Origin: a virus
Taxonomy: Duplodnaviria > Heunggongvirae > Uroviricota > Caudoviricetes
Reading direction: 5' to 3' (one strand)
Virus record (IMG/VR): IMGVR_UViG_2711768012_000020
Length of the DNA stretch: 36,971 nt
The notes beneath the pieces were generated by a model. It did no database searches and was not told the origin of the DNA. It worked only from the letters and a program-made list of their open reading frames with translations. Positions 17,210 to 26,700 of the stretch are shown here, piece after piece. How positions within the stretch are numbered: position 1 is the stretch's first letter; each line of letters opens with the position of its first letter. Made by a program: the position numbers and the translations under genes.

Positions 17210-17704
17210 ATGGATCGAGAGTTAAAAAATCTGACGCTGAATATCAGTCAACTGGCGGCACTGTCAGGTGTACATCGCCAGACTGCTGCGGCAAGGCTGC
17301 AAAATCTACCCGTTGCAGGGGGGCATGAAAGCAACCTCAAGCTTTATCGGGTGGTTGATATTGTGTCGGCATTTCTGGCATTGCCACCGCCGGTTGCAGA
17401 AGGCGAAATGGACGCGCATGAGCGCAAAGCCTGGTATCAGTCTGAACGTGAGCGTCTTAAGTTCGAACAGGAAACGGCACAACTCATTCCGGCCAGTGAT
17501 GTCAGACGGGAGTTTGCCATCTGGGCAAAAGCGGTCGTGCAGGTGCTGGAGACATTACCGGATATTCTGGAACGTGACTGCGGTCTGCAGCCTGCCGCTG
17601 TGAGCCGTGTTCAGTCCATTATTGATGATCTGCGCGATCAGATAGCCCTGCGGGTGACTGAAGCAGGTGCGGATGATGAGGAGGAATTACAGCAGGAGGA
17701 GTAA
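17210..17704 (+). CDS. Terminase small subunit (Nu1-like)
   Basis: 164 aa; N-terminal HTH-like region, acidic C-terminus; immediately upstream of and overlapping the large terminase start. Confidence 0.7.
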   Translation: MDRELKNLTLNISQLAALSGVHRQTAAARLQNLPVAGGHESNLKLYRVVDIVSAFLALPPPVAEGEMDAHERKAWYQSERERLKFEQETAQLIPASDVRREFAIWAKAVVQVLETLPDILERDCGLQPAAVSRVQSIIDDLRDQIALRVTEAGADDEEELQQEE

Positions 17705-19806
17705 TGCTGAATCAGGAAACCGCAAAGGCAGCACGAACCGATTCAGGTTATATCCTTCGCGCACCGAGACGAATGCGGGTTGCTGATGCCGTTGCTCAGT
17801 ATATGCGGGTGCCCATGGGGGCAGGGAACTCAGTCCCGTGGGATCCGCTGGTGGCACCGTATGTTATTGAGCCGATGAACTGCCTGGCCTCGCGTGAATA
17901 CGACGCAGTGATATTTGTTGGCCCGGCACGAACCGGCAAGACTATCGGCCTGATTGACGGCTGGGTGATTTACAACGTGATTTGCGATCCTGCTGATATG
18001 CTGATCATTCAGATGACGGAGGAAAAAGCCCGCGAACACTCCAAAAAACGACTCGCCAGAACGTTTCGCGTCAGCCCGGAAGTGGTCAGTCGCCTGAGTC
18101 CGAACAAAAATGACAACAACGTTTATGACAGAACATTCCTTGCTGGTAACTACCTGAAAATCGGCTGGCCGTCAGTCAATATCATGTCCTCATCAGATTA
18201 TAAATGCGTCGCGCTGACGGATTATGACCGTTTTCCGGAAGATATTGATGGCGAGGGGGATGCTTTCTCTCTTGCCTCAAAACGTACCACAACATTTATG
18301 TCCAGTGGTATGACGCTTGTGGAGAGTTCCCCCGGCAGGGATGTGAAGGATGTGAAATGGCGACGGACTTCACCGCATGAGGCTCCACCAACCACGGGGA
18401 TACTGTCGCTCTATAACCGTGGCGATCGCCGTCGCTGGTACTGGCCCTGTCCACACTGTGGTGAGTATTTTCAGCCCTGCGGCGATGTGGTTGCTGGTTT
18501 CCGTGATATTGCCGATCCCGTGCTGGCAAGTGAGGCGGCTTATATTCAGTGTCCTTCCTGTTCAGGACGGATTATGCCTGAACACAAACGTGAGCTGAAC
18601 GGACGTGGGGTCTGGTTGCGGGATGGTGAATCCATCAATGCGGATGGCAGTCGTTATGGTGATCCCCGACGCTCACGTATTGCGTCATTCTGGATGGAGG
18701 GTCCGGCAGCTGCTTACCAGACACTCTCGCAACTCGTTTACAAACTGCTTACTGCAGAACAGGAATACGAGACAACCGGAAGTGAAGAAACACTCAAGAC
18801 GGTTATCAATACCGACTGGGGATTACCTTATCTTCCCCGCGCCAGCATGGAGCAACGAAAAAGTGAACTGCTTGAGCAGCGGGCAGAGCCAGTTCCTTCC
18901 CGCAGTGTGCCGGATGGCGTTAATTTCCTTGTGGCGACAGTGGATGTGCAGGCGGGACGTCATCGCCGTTTTGTGGTTCAGGTAACGGGCTATGGCAGCC
19001 GTGGCGAACGCTGGATTATTGATCGTTACAACATCACGCAGTCATTGCGCGGTGACAGCGACGGGGAGAGCCAGCGAATTGATCCGGCCAGCTATCCGGA
19101 AGACTGGGATGTCCTGCTGACGGATGTTTTTCATAAAAGCTGGCCGCTGGCCTCCGATCCTTCTCAACAAATGCGACTGATGGCAATGGCGGTGGACTCC
19201 GGCGGTGAAGACGGGGTCACTGATAATGCCTATAAATTCTGGCGTCGTTGCCGTCGTGATGGCCTTGGTAAACGTATTTACCTGTTTAAGGGCGACAGCA
19301 TCCGGCGCGCAAAACTGATCACCCGTACATTCCCTGATAACACCGGACGAACGGGCCGACGGGCGCAGGCCGCAGGTGATGTGCCGCTCTGGCTTCTTCA
19401 GACGGATGCACTGAAAGACCGGGTGAATAACGCGTTATGGCGTGACTCGCCAGGTCCCGGCTATGTGCATTTCCCTGACTGGCTGGGGAGCTGGTTTTAC
19501 GACGAACTGACGTATGAAGAGCGGAGCAGTGACGGGAAATGGAGTAAGCCGGGTCGCGGTGCCAACGAAGCTTTTGACCTGATGGTGTATGCCGAGGCTC
19601 TGGTCATTCTGCATGGATACGAAAAGATCCGCTGGCCGGATGCACCGGAGTGGGCGAGCCGGGAAACCTGGCTGGAGTGTGTCCCGGACAGTACCGAACC
19701 GTCACCCTCACCGGAACCGGTATCCACGCCTGTTAAAAAACAAAAACGGAAGAAAACAGTAACTGACGATGTTAACCCCTGGCTGACTTCCGGAGGATGG
19801 TTATGA
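17704..19806 (+). CDS. Terminase large subunit (lambda gpA family)
   Basis: 700 aa; Walker A-like VGPARTGKT; CPHCGEYFQ motif paralleling the lambda gpA CPHCGEEQY region. Confidence 0.9.
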   Translation: MLNQETAKAARTDSGYILRAPRRMRVADAVAQYMRVPMGAGNSVPWDPLVAPYVIEPMNCLASREYDAVIFVGPARTGKTIGLIDGWVIYNVICDPADMLIIQMTEEKAREHSKKRLARTFRVSPEVVSRLSPNKNDNNVYDRTFLAGNYLKIGWPSVNIMSSSDYKCVALTDYDRFPEDIDGEGDAFSLASKRTTTFMSSGMTLVESSPGRDVKDVKWRRTSPHEAPPTTGILSLYNRGDRRRWYWPCPHCGEYFQPCGDVVAGFRDIADPVLASEAAYIQCPSCSGRIMPEHKRELNGRGVWLRDGESINADGSRYGDPRRSRIASFWMEGPAAAYQTLSQLVYKLLTAEQEYETTGSEETLKTVINTDWGLPYLPRASMEQRKSELLEQRAEPVPSRSVPDGVNFLVATVDVQAGRHRRFVVQVTGYGSRGERWIIDRYNITQSLRGDSDGESQRIDPASYPEDWDVLLTDVFHKSWPLASDPSQQMRLMAMAVDSGGEDGVTDNAYKFWRRCRRDGLGKRIYLFKGDSIRRAKLITRTFPDNTGRTGRRAQAAGDVPLWLLQTDALKDRVNNALWRDSPGPGYVHFPDWLGSWFYDELTYEERSSDGKWSKPGRGANEAFDLMVYAEALVILHGYEKIRWPDAPEWASRETWLECVPDSTEPSPSPEPVSTPVKKQKRKKTVTDDVNPWLTSGGWL

Positions 19807-20015
19807 ACCAGAATGATATTGAAGCCATGATTCAGCGTTATACGGAAGCTGAAATGGCGGTGCTGGACGGAAAATCCGTCACCTTTAATGGTCAGCAGAT
19901 GACCATGGAAAACTTATCTGAGATCCGGCAGGGACGGCAGGAGTGGGAGCGCCGCCTTGCGGCTCTGATTACACGACGACGGGGGCATCCCGGGTACCGG
20001 CTGGCGAGGTTCTGA
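19803..20015 (+). CDS. gpW-like head-tail joining protein
   Basis: 70 aa; position between terminase and portal; C-terminal RRRGHPGY resembles the lambda W C-terminus (RRRGPAGF, recalled); ATGA overlap with terminase. Confidence 0.65.
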   Translation: MNQNDIEAMIQRYTEAEMAVLDGKSVTFNGQQMTMENLSEIRQGRQEWERRLAALITRRRGHPGYRLARF

Positions 20016-21523
20016 TGGCAATTCTTGATGATGTGATTGGCGTTTTTTCACCAGGATGGAAAGCGGCAAGGCTGCGTTCCCGTGCGGTGATCCAGGCTTA
20101 TGAGGCCGTAAAAACGACGCGGACACACAAAGGCCGGCGGGAAAACCGAACTGCCGACCAGTTAAGCCAGTACGGGGCCGTGTCGTTACGTGAGCAGGCC
20201 CGTTACCTTGATAACAACCACGATCTGGTTATTGGTGTATTTGACAAGCTGGAAGAACGGGTGGTGGGGAAAAACGGGATTATTGTCGAGCCACATCCGG
20301 TATTACGCAATGGGGCCATTGCCCGTGACCTGGCTGCGGAGATTCGCACCCGATGGAGTGAATGGTCTGTCAGCCCGGAAGTCACCGGGCAGTTTACCCG
20401 TCCGATGCTGGAACGTCTGATGCTGCGTACCTGGCTGCGCGATGGTGAGGTGTTTGCCCAGATGGTTTCCGGGCGCATAAACAGCCTGACGCCTTCTGCC
20501 GGTGTTCATTTCTGGCTGGAGGCGCTCGAGCCGGACTTTATTCCCATGACCAGTGATGAGAGCAACAGGCTGAATCAGGGCGTGTTTGTTGATGACTGGG
20601 GGCGTCCCGAAAAATATCTGGTGTATAAAAGCCGTCCCGTATCCGGACGGCAGATGGAAACCAAAGAAGTGGATGCAGAGCGAATGCTGCATCTTAAATT
20701 TGTTCGCCGTCTGCACCAGATGCGCGGGACGTCTTTGTTGTCCGGTGTGCTGATCCGCCTCAGTGCCCTGAAAGATTATGAAGATTATGAGCTGACTGCA
20801 GCAAGGATCGCCGCTGCTCTGGGGATGTACATCCGCAAAGGCGACGGGCAGAGCTATGAACCGGATGGTAATGGCAGCAAGGATAAGGAACGCGAGCTTA
20901 CCATTCAGCCAGGCATTATTTACGACGATCTGAAACCCGGCGAAGAAATCGGAATGGTGAAGTCGGATCGCCCCAATCCTAACCTTGAAACTTTTCGTAA
21001 TGGTCAGTTGCGTGCCGTGGCGGCGGGCAGTCGTCTGAGTTTTTCCAGTACAGCGCGCAACTATAACGGCACTTACAGCGCCCAGCGTCAGGAGCTGGTT
21101 GAATCTACTGATGGCTACCTGATCCTGCAGGACTGGTTTATTGGTGCCGTCACCCGCCCGATGTATCGTGCATGGCTGAAACAGGCTGTGGCATCCGGTG
21201 TTATCAGGCTACCCCGCGATCTTGACCGTTCTTCACTGTATACCGCGGTGTATTCCGGACCGGTGATGCCGTGGATTGACCCTGTTAAGGAGGCTGAGGC
21301 CTGGAAAATCCAGATTCGTGGTGGAGCGGCGACAGAATCAGACTGGGTACGTGCAGGTGGTCGTAATCCGGATGATGTCAAACGTCGGCGCAAGGCCGAA
21401 ATTGATGAAAACCGCAAGCTGGATCTGGTATTTGATACCGATCCGGCCAGTGATAAAGGAGGCAGCAGTGCCGCAACGAAACGACAGGAGCCGCAGCACA
21501 CCGACGACCAGTCCGAAGAATAA
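20015..21523 (+). CDS. Portal protein (lambda gpB type)
   Basis: 502 aa from the ATG at 20015 (overlaps the W stop); size and position fit a lambda-family portal. Confidence 0.85.
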   Translation: MAILDDVIGVFSPGWKAARLRSRAVIQAYEAVKTTRTHKGRRENRTADQLSQYGAVSLREQARYLDNNHDLVIGVFDKLEERVVGKNGIIVEPHPVLRNGAIARDLAAEIRTRWSEWSVSPEVTGQFTRPMLERLMLRTWLRDGEVFAQMVSGRINSLTPSAGVHFWLEALEPDFIPMTSDESNRLNQGVFVDDWGRPEKYLVYKSRPVSGRQMETKEVDAERMLHLKFVRRLHQMRGTSLLSGVLIRLSALKDYEDYELTAARIAAALGMYIRKGDGQSYEPDGNGSKDKERELTIQPGIIYDDLKPGEEIGMVKSDRPNPNLETFRNGQLRAVAAGSRLSFSSTARNYNGTYSAQRQELVESTDGYLILQDWFIGAVTRPMYRAWLKQAVASGVIRLPRDLDRSSLYTAVYSGPVMPWIDPVKEAEAWKIQIRGGAATESDWVRAGGRNPDDVKRRRKAEIDENRKLDLVFDTDPASDKGGSSAATKRQEPQHTDDQSEE

Positions 21524-23495
21524 TTCCTGGTTCAGGATGCAGGCTGGTCACCAGAGTGACGCGGATATTTATATTTATGACGAGATTGGTTTCTGGGGTG
21601 TTACAGCGAAGCAGTTTATCAGTGATCTGAATGCACTGGGCGATATCACCCACATTAATCTCCATATTAATTCACCGGGTGGCGATGTCTTTGAAGGCAT
21701 CGCCATTTTTAATGCGCTGAAAACACATGGTGCGTCCATTACCGTTTATGTCGACGGTGTGGCGGCGTCAATGGCGTCGGTCATTGCGATGGTGGGAAAC
21801 CCGGTCATTATGCCGGAAAACACCTTCATGATGATTCATAAACCATTTGGCTTTACGGGCGGTGATGCGGAGGACATGCGCACCTATGCCGACCTGCTCG
21901 ATAAGGTTGAGGCGGTTCTGTTACCCGCTTATGCACAGAAAACCGGGAAAACCACCGATGAAATTGCTGCCATGCTGGCGGATGAGACCTGGATGTCCGG
22001 TGCCGAATGTCTGGCACAGGGATTTGCTGATCAGGTGACGCCAGCCGTTAAGGCAATGGCATGTATTCAGTCAAAACGTACAGAGGAATTTAAAAAGATG
22101 CCGGAATCCATTCGAAACATGATTACTCCGCCACGCAACAGTGCTCCACGCGTACAGGATGATGAACCTGCAGCCTCCCGGACGCCAGTGCAGGCAGCAG
22201 CACCCGTGGTGGATGAAAACAGTATCCGTGCGCAGGTACTGGCAGAGCAAAAAGCGCGTGTAAACGGTATTAATGATCTGTTTGCCATGTTTGGCGGGCG
22301 TTATCAGACGCTGCAGGCTCAGTGTCTTGCCGATCCTGAATGTTCGCTGGAGCAGGCCCGCGAAAAGCTGTTGAACGAGATGGGGCGCGAGTCCACGCCA
22401 TCCAATAAAAATACCCCGGCTCATATTTATGCCGGAAACGGTAATTTTGTGGGGGACGGGATCCGCCAGGCGCTGATGGCGCGTGCCGGATTTGAAAAAA
22501 CCGAACGTGATAATGTCTACAACGGGATGACCCTGCGTGAATATGCCCGTATGTCACTGACTGAACGGGGTATTGGGGTTTCCAGTTATAACCCGATGCA
22601 GATGGTCGGTGCGGCGTTCACACACAGTACGTCTGACTTCGGTAATATTCTGCTGGATGTTGCGAACAAAGCCATTCTGCAGGGCTGGGAAGATGCCCCT
22701 GAAACCTATGAACAGTGGACGCGGAAAGGTCAGTTGTCTGATTTTAAAATTGCCCATCGTGTGGGTATGGGGGGCTTCAGTGCTCTGCGTCAGGTGCGTG
22801 AAGGGGCGGAATATAAATACGTCACCACCGGAGATAAACAGGCCACTATTGCACTGGCGACCTATGGCGAGCTGTTCAGTATCACCCGTCAGGCCATTAT
22901 CAATGATGATCTGAATATGCTGACCGATGTCCCGATGAAACTGGGCCGTGCGGCGAAATCCACTATTGCCGATCTGGTTTATGCCATTCTGACGTCTAAC
23001 CCGAAAATCTCCACAGATAATGTAAGTCTGTTCGATAAAGCGAAACATGCAAACGTACTGGATAGCGCTGCAATGGACGTGGCATCGCTGGATAAAGCCC
23101 GCCAGTTGATGCGCGTTCAGAAAGAGGGGGAGCGTCATCTGAATATTCGTCCTGCGTTCGTACTGGTACCGACGGCGATGGAGTCTGTTGCTAACCAGGT
23201 CATTCGCTCCTCAAGTGTCAAGGGGGCCGACATTAACGCCGGTATTATTAACCCGGTGAAAGATTTTGCGACCGTTATTGCAGAGCCTCGTCTTGATGAT
23301 AACAGCCAGACCACCTTCTACCTGGCTGCGTCAAAAGGCTCCGATACGATTGAAGTGGCTTATCTCAACGGTGTGGATACGCCATATATTGATCAGATGG
23401 AGGGCTTCAGTGTGGATGGCGTGACAACGAAAGTGCGTATTGACGCCGGTGTCGCGCCAGTTGATCACCGCGGTCTGGTGAAATGTACGGCGTAA
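21468..23495 (+). CDS. Prohead protease (ClpP-like S14) - scaffold - major capsid protein fusion
   Basis: N-terminal ClpP-like region (INSPGGDVFEGIAIFNAL...ASMASVIAMVG...MIHKP), Ala/Gln-rich middle, C-terminal major-capsid-like region; probable GTG start at 21468 with AAGGAGG 6 nt upstream inside the portal 3' end (alternative ATG at 21537). Confidence 0.8.
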   Translation: MPQRNDRSRSTPTTSPKNNSWFRMQAGHQSDADIYIYDEIGFWGVTAKQFISDLNALGDITHINLHINSPGGDVFEGIAIFNALKTHGASITVYVDGVAASMASVIAMVGNPVIMPENTFMMIHKPFGFTGGDAEDMRTYADLLDKVEAVLLPAYAQKTGKTTDEIAAMLADETWMSGAECLAQGFADQVTPAVKAMACIQSKRTEEFKKMPESIRNMITPPRNSAPRVQDDEPAASRTPVQAAAPVVDENSIRAQVLAEQKARVNGINDLFAMFGGRYQTLQAQCLADPECSLEQAREKLLNEMGRESTPSNKNTPAHIYAGNGNFVGDGIRQALMARAGFEKTERDNVYNGMTLREYARMSLTERGIGVSSYNPMQMVGAAFTHSTSDFGNILLDVANKAILQGWEDAPETYEQWTRKGQLSDFKIAHRVGMGGFSALRQVREGAEYKYVTTGDKQATIALATYGELFSITRQAIINDDLNMLTDVPMKLGRAAKSTIADLVYAILTSNPKISTDNVSLFDKAKHANVLDSAAMDVASLDKARQLMRVQKEGERHLNIRPAFVLVPTAMESVANQVIRSSSVKGADINAGIINPVKDFATVIAEPRLDDNSQTTFYLAASKGSDTIEVAYLNGVDTPYIDQMEGFSVDGVTTKVRIDAGVAPVDHRGLVKCTA

Positions 23496-23518
23496 ACGTC
23501 GCAGACAACAACTCTGAT

Positions 23519-23538
23519 GGCCCGTAAGGGCTTTTTTT
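23519..23538 (+). terminator. Short hairpin plus T7 run after the capsid gene (possible attenuator)
   Basis: ggcccgtaagggc followed by TTTTTTT. Confidence 0.35.
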
Positions 23539-23581
23539 GTACCTGAAATCAGCCCCTGAACGGGGCTGTGCGGAGACAGTT

Positions 23582-23905
23582 ATGGCAAAGAATTTTGTAG
23601 AAGAAGGAAAAACGGTGGCGATTGTTGCCAGTGCAGCCATCAGCAGCGGAGATCTGGTGCAGGTGGGTGATGTTTTTGCGGTGGCACTGACCGATATTCC
23701 ACAGGGTGAAACAGGCGACGGCCTGACCGAAGGTGTGTTTATGCTGCCTAAGCTGAAAACGGATGACATGAAAACGGGTAAGAAGGTTTATCTGAAGTCC
23801 GGAAAAGTTCAGCTGACTAACAGCGGCTCTGATCCGCTGGTCGGGGTTGTCTGGGCAGATGCCGGAACCAGTGCAGAAGAAGTGCCGGTAAAACTCAATG
23901 TCTGA
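23582..23905 (+). CDS. Small head protein (head completion/decoration-type)
   Basis: 107-aa ORF directly after the capsid gene with an RBS; position analogous to head completion genes. Confidence 0.5.
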   Translation: MAKNFVEEGKTVAIVASAAISSGDLVQVGDVFAVALTDIPQGETGDGLTEGVFMLPKLKTDDMKTGKKVYLKSGKVQLTNSGSDPLVGVVWADAGTSAEEVPVKLNV

Positions 23906-24173
23906 TCCCTTTTCCCGGCTGGCAGCGCGTATGGATGCGATCACGGTCAGAAAGATGGGAAAGACAGCCTCGATTAATGATGTCGATATGACTGTGATCC
24001 CGGGAGAAACACTGGCAGAGCTGAATGCTCTGTCCGGACCTGCGGTCTCTCTGGTGGTGTTTTCTTCGGGATACCGCCCACGGCGCGGGGATCGCGTTGT
24101 TTATGACGGACAACAATGGACGGTCACACGGCATGAACGCTTTAACGGTAAGCCAATGATCTTTATTGAGTAA
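23898..24173 (+). CDS. Head-tail adaptor/connector-type small protein
   Basis: 91-aa ORF overlapping the previous gene by 8 nt; position between head genes and Z. Confidence 0.5.
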   Translation: MSDPFSRLAARMDAITVRKMGKTASINDVDMTVIPGETLAELNALSGPAVSLVVFSSGYRPRRGDRVVYDGQQWTVTRHERFNGKPMIFIE

Positions 24174-24184
24174 AGAGGTGTGGG

Positions 24185-24763
24185 ATGAAGGGGCTTGAGA
24201 ATGCCATCCGCAATCTGAACAGCCTTGATACCCGTATGGTGCCACAGGCCAGCGCATGGGCGATAAACCGTGTGGCACAGAAAGCGGTCTCGGTTGCCAC
24301 CCGGCAGGTTGCCGGGAATACCGTTGCGGGAGATAACCAGGTGAAAGGGATCCCCCTGAAACTGGTACGTCAGCGTGTCCGGGTGTTTAAAGCCAGTCCG
24401 TCAGGAAAAATGACGGCCAGGATCCGCGTTAACCGGGGCAATCTGCCCGCCATTAAGCTGGGGACAGCCCGGGTCAGACTGGCCCGGCGTGGTGGAAAAC
24501 TGCAGTACCGTGGCAGTGTGCTGAAGGTGGGTAAATATCTTTTCCGGGATGCGTTTATTCAGCAACTGGCGAATGGTCGCTGGCATGTGATGCGGCGTAT
24601 TGATGGCAAAAATCGTTACCCCATTGATGTGGTGAAAATCCCGCTGTCCGGACCGCTGACACAGGCATTTGAAGATGCCCGCGACCGCATCATTGCTGCG
24701 GAAATGCCGAAACAGCTGGGGTATGCACTGAAACAACAACTGAGGTTATGGCTGACCCGATGA
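24185..24763 (+). CDS. Z: Minor tail protein Z (tail completion)
   Basis: 192 aa, the same length as lambda gpZ; MKGLE start and KNRYPIDVVKIPL motif match lambda Z as recalled. Confidence 0.75.
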   Translation: MKGLENAIRNLNSLDTRMVPQASAWAINRVAQKAVSVATRQVAGNTVAGDNQVKGIPLKLVRQRVRVFKASPSGKMTARIRVNRGNLPAIKLGTARVRLARRGGKLQYRGSVLKVGKYLFRDAFIQQLANGRWHVMRRIDGKNRYPIDVVKIPLSGPLTQAFEDARDRIIAAEMPKQLGYALKQQLRLWLTR

Positions 24764-25161
24764 ACCGACATACACAAATCCGCCAGGTCGTACTGGCACG
24801 CCTTCGGGAACAGTGTGGAGACAGCGCCACGTTTTTTGACGGGCTTCCGGCATTTGTTGATGCGCAGGAACTGCCTGCCGTGGCGGTGTGGCTGAGTGAT
24901 GCTCAGTACACCGGAAAAATGACGGATGAAGATGACTGGCAGGCTGTTCTGCATATTGCTGTCTTCATCCGGGCACAGGCACCGGATTCAGAGCTGGATA
25001 TGTGGATGGAGAGCACCATTTTCCCGGCCTTGAATGATGTACCAGCACTTTCCGGACTCATCGACACCCTGATCCCACTCGGTTTTAACTATCAACGTGA
25101 TAATGAGATGGCCACCTGGGCGATGGCGGAAATCACGTACCAGATCACGTACACGAATTAA
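24760..25161 (+). CDS. U: Tail terminator protein U
   Basis: ATFFDGLPAFVDAQELPAVAVWLSDAQYTGK...DSELDMWMES closely parallels lambda gpU (ATFFDGRPAVFDEADFPAVAVYLTGAEYTGE...DSELDAWMES). Confidence 0.85.
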   Translation: MNRHTQIRQVVLARLREQCGDSATFFDGLPAFVDAQELPAVAVWLSDAQYTGKMTDEDDWQAVLHIAVFIRAQAPDSELDMWMESTIFPALNDVPALSGLIDTLIPLGFNYQRDNEMATWAMAEITYQITYTN

Positions 25162-25171
25162 GGAGGTGGTA

Positions 25172-25915
25172 ATGACCACACCAAATCCACTGGCAAAAAC
25201 GAAAGGTGCGGGAACGACGTTCTGGATGTATACCGGCAAGGGCGATGCGTTTGCGAACCCTTTATCGGACACTGACTGGCTGCGTCTTGCGATGGTGAAG
25301 GATCTGCAACCTGGCGAAATGACCGCTGATGCAGAAGATGACACTTATCTCGATGATGAAGATGCAGACTGGAAAACGACAACCCAGGGGCAGAAATCCG
25401 TTGGTGATACTTCGGCGACGCTGGCCTGGCGTCCGGGTGACAGCGGGCAGAAAAAACTGGTTCAGTTGTTCGACTCCGGTGAAGTCTGCGCGTTTCGTAT
25501 CAAATATCCCAACGGTACTGTTGATGTTTTCCGTGGCTGGCTGAGTTCACTGGGTAAAACCATTGCCTCAAAAGACGTGATGACCCGCACAGTGAAAATC
25601 AGCGGTGTGGGGCGTCCGTATCTGGCAGAGGAAGGCACTGAAACAGTGAGCGTTACCGGGCTGACGGTGGCACCGGCATCTGCCAGTGTAAAAGTGGGAG
25701 CAACCACCACGCTGACCTTTACAGTAAAACCTGACGGAGCCAGTGACAAAGCGATCAGTGTGCATTCGACAGATCCACAGACTGCCACGGTGACCCTGAA
25801 CGGGCTTGTGGCCACGGTGAAAGGCGTGAAGCAGGGCAGTGTCAGCATTGTGGGCATGACCGCTGACGGGAATTTTGTGGCAGTGGCTACGGTGACTGTC
25901 AGCGCAGCAGGTTAA
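25172..25915 (+). CDS. V: Major tail protein V (with C-terminal Ig-like domain)
   Basis: 247 aa; AGGAGG RBS; C-terminal Thr/Val-rich Ig-like region (TVAPASASVKVGATTTLTFTV); position and size as lambda gpV. Confidence 0.85.
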   Translation: MTTPNPLAKTKGAGTTFWMYTGKGDAFANPLSDTDWLRLAMVKDLQPGEMTADAEDDTYLDDEDADWKTTTQGQKSVGDTSATLAWRPGDSGQKKLVQLFDSGEVCAFRIKYPNGTVDVFRGWLSSLGKTIASKDVMTRTVKISGVGRPYLAEEGTETVSVTGLTVAPASASVKVGATTTLTFTVKPDGASDKAISVHSTDPQTATVTLNGLVATVKGVKQGSVSIVGMTADGNFVAVATVTVSAAG

Positions 25916-25935
25916 CAGGACGATACTCATCATTT

Positions 25936-25959
25936 GCCCCGGTTATTCGGGGCTTTTTT
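25936..25959 (+). terminator. Intrinsic terminator after V
   Basis: gccccg-gttatt-cggggc followed by TTTTTT. Confidence 0.55.
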
Positions 25960-25972
25960 ACAGGTGGAGAAC

Positions 25973-26362
25973 ATGATGTTTCTGAAACAGGACACGTTTA
26001 ATTATGAAAAACAGTCCGTGGTGCTCAGTGAGCTGTCCGGGCTGCAGAGAATTGAATATCTGACGTTTGTTCAGCAGCGAACGGCAAAGTTTGATGCCGG
26101 GGAGGGAGAACTGCCGGAGGCTGAACGACAGATTGCTTTTCTGCGGATGGGGATGGATATCAATGCCTGGCTGGTTTCCCGCTCACTGTGGAATGCGGAA
26201 CAGTCTCAGGATGTTGAGACGCTTTACGCATCCGTTATTACAACATGGTCGTATGATGCCCTGGGTGCGGGGGCGGAGATGGTTCTGTCGCTGAGCGGTA
26301 TGGGGGCCATTGATAATGCCGGGGATTTGGAGCATGAGGGGCTGACGCCGGAAAAGTCCTGA
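25973..26362 (+). CDS. G: Tail assembly chaperone G
   Basis: 129 aa; position before T and the tape measure gene; ends beside a GAAAAG slip-prone site. Confidence 0.8.
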   Translation: MMFLKQDTFNYEKQSVVLSELSGLQRIEYLTFVQQRTAKFDAGEGELPEAERQIAFLRMGMDINAWLVSRSLWNAEQSQDVETLYASVITTWSYDALGAGAEMVLSLSGMGAIDNAGDLEHEGLTPEKS

Positions 26363-26370
26363 CGCGGGAA

Positions 26371-26700
26371 ATGCAGTTTGTCATGCGGCTTGCCCGGGAG
26401 TTCCGGCGGGCAGACTGGCGGCGGATGCTGTCGGAAATGTCGGCCACTGAGCTTGGTCAGTGGGGCGATTATTTCCGGATGCAGAGCTTCAGTGATGTGT
26501 GGATGGATGCGCAGTTTGCCTCGCTGAAGGCATTGATCGTGAGAATGGTGTCCGGCAGCAGTGATGCTGCGGTGGCTGATTTCAGCCTTTTACCGGAAGA
26601 GAACGGGATACCGGAGCGAACGGACGAAGAACTGATGCATCTTGGGGAAGGTATTTCCGGAGGTGTGCGTTATGGACCAGATAGCCAACCTGGTCATTGA
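26371..26700 (+). CDS. T: Tail assembly protein T frame (probably made as a G-T fusion by -1 programmed frameshift)
   Basis: Open frame in the -1 register relative to G, running without a stop from the G 3' end through 26700; candidate slip heptamer GGAAAAG at 26350-26356; the ATG at 26371 may not be used. Confidence 0.6.
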   Translation: MQFVMRLAREFRRADWRRMLSEMSATELGQWGDYFRMQSFSDVWMDAQFASLKALIVRMVSGSSDAAVADFSLLPEENGIPERTDEELMHLGEGISGGVRYGPDSQPGH

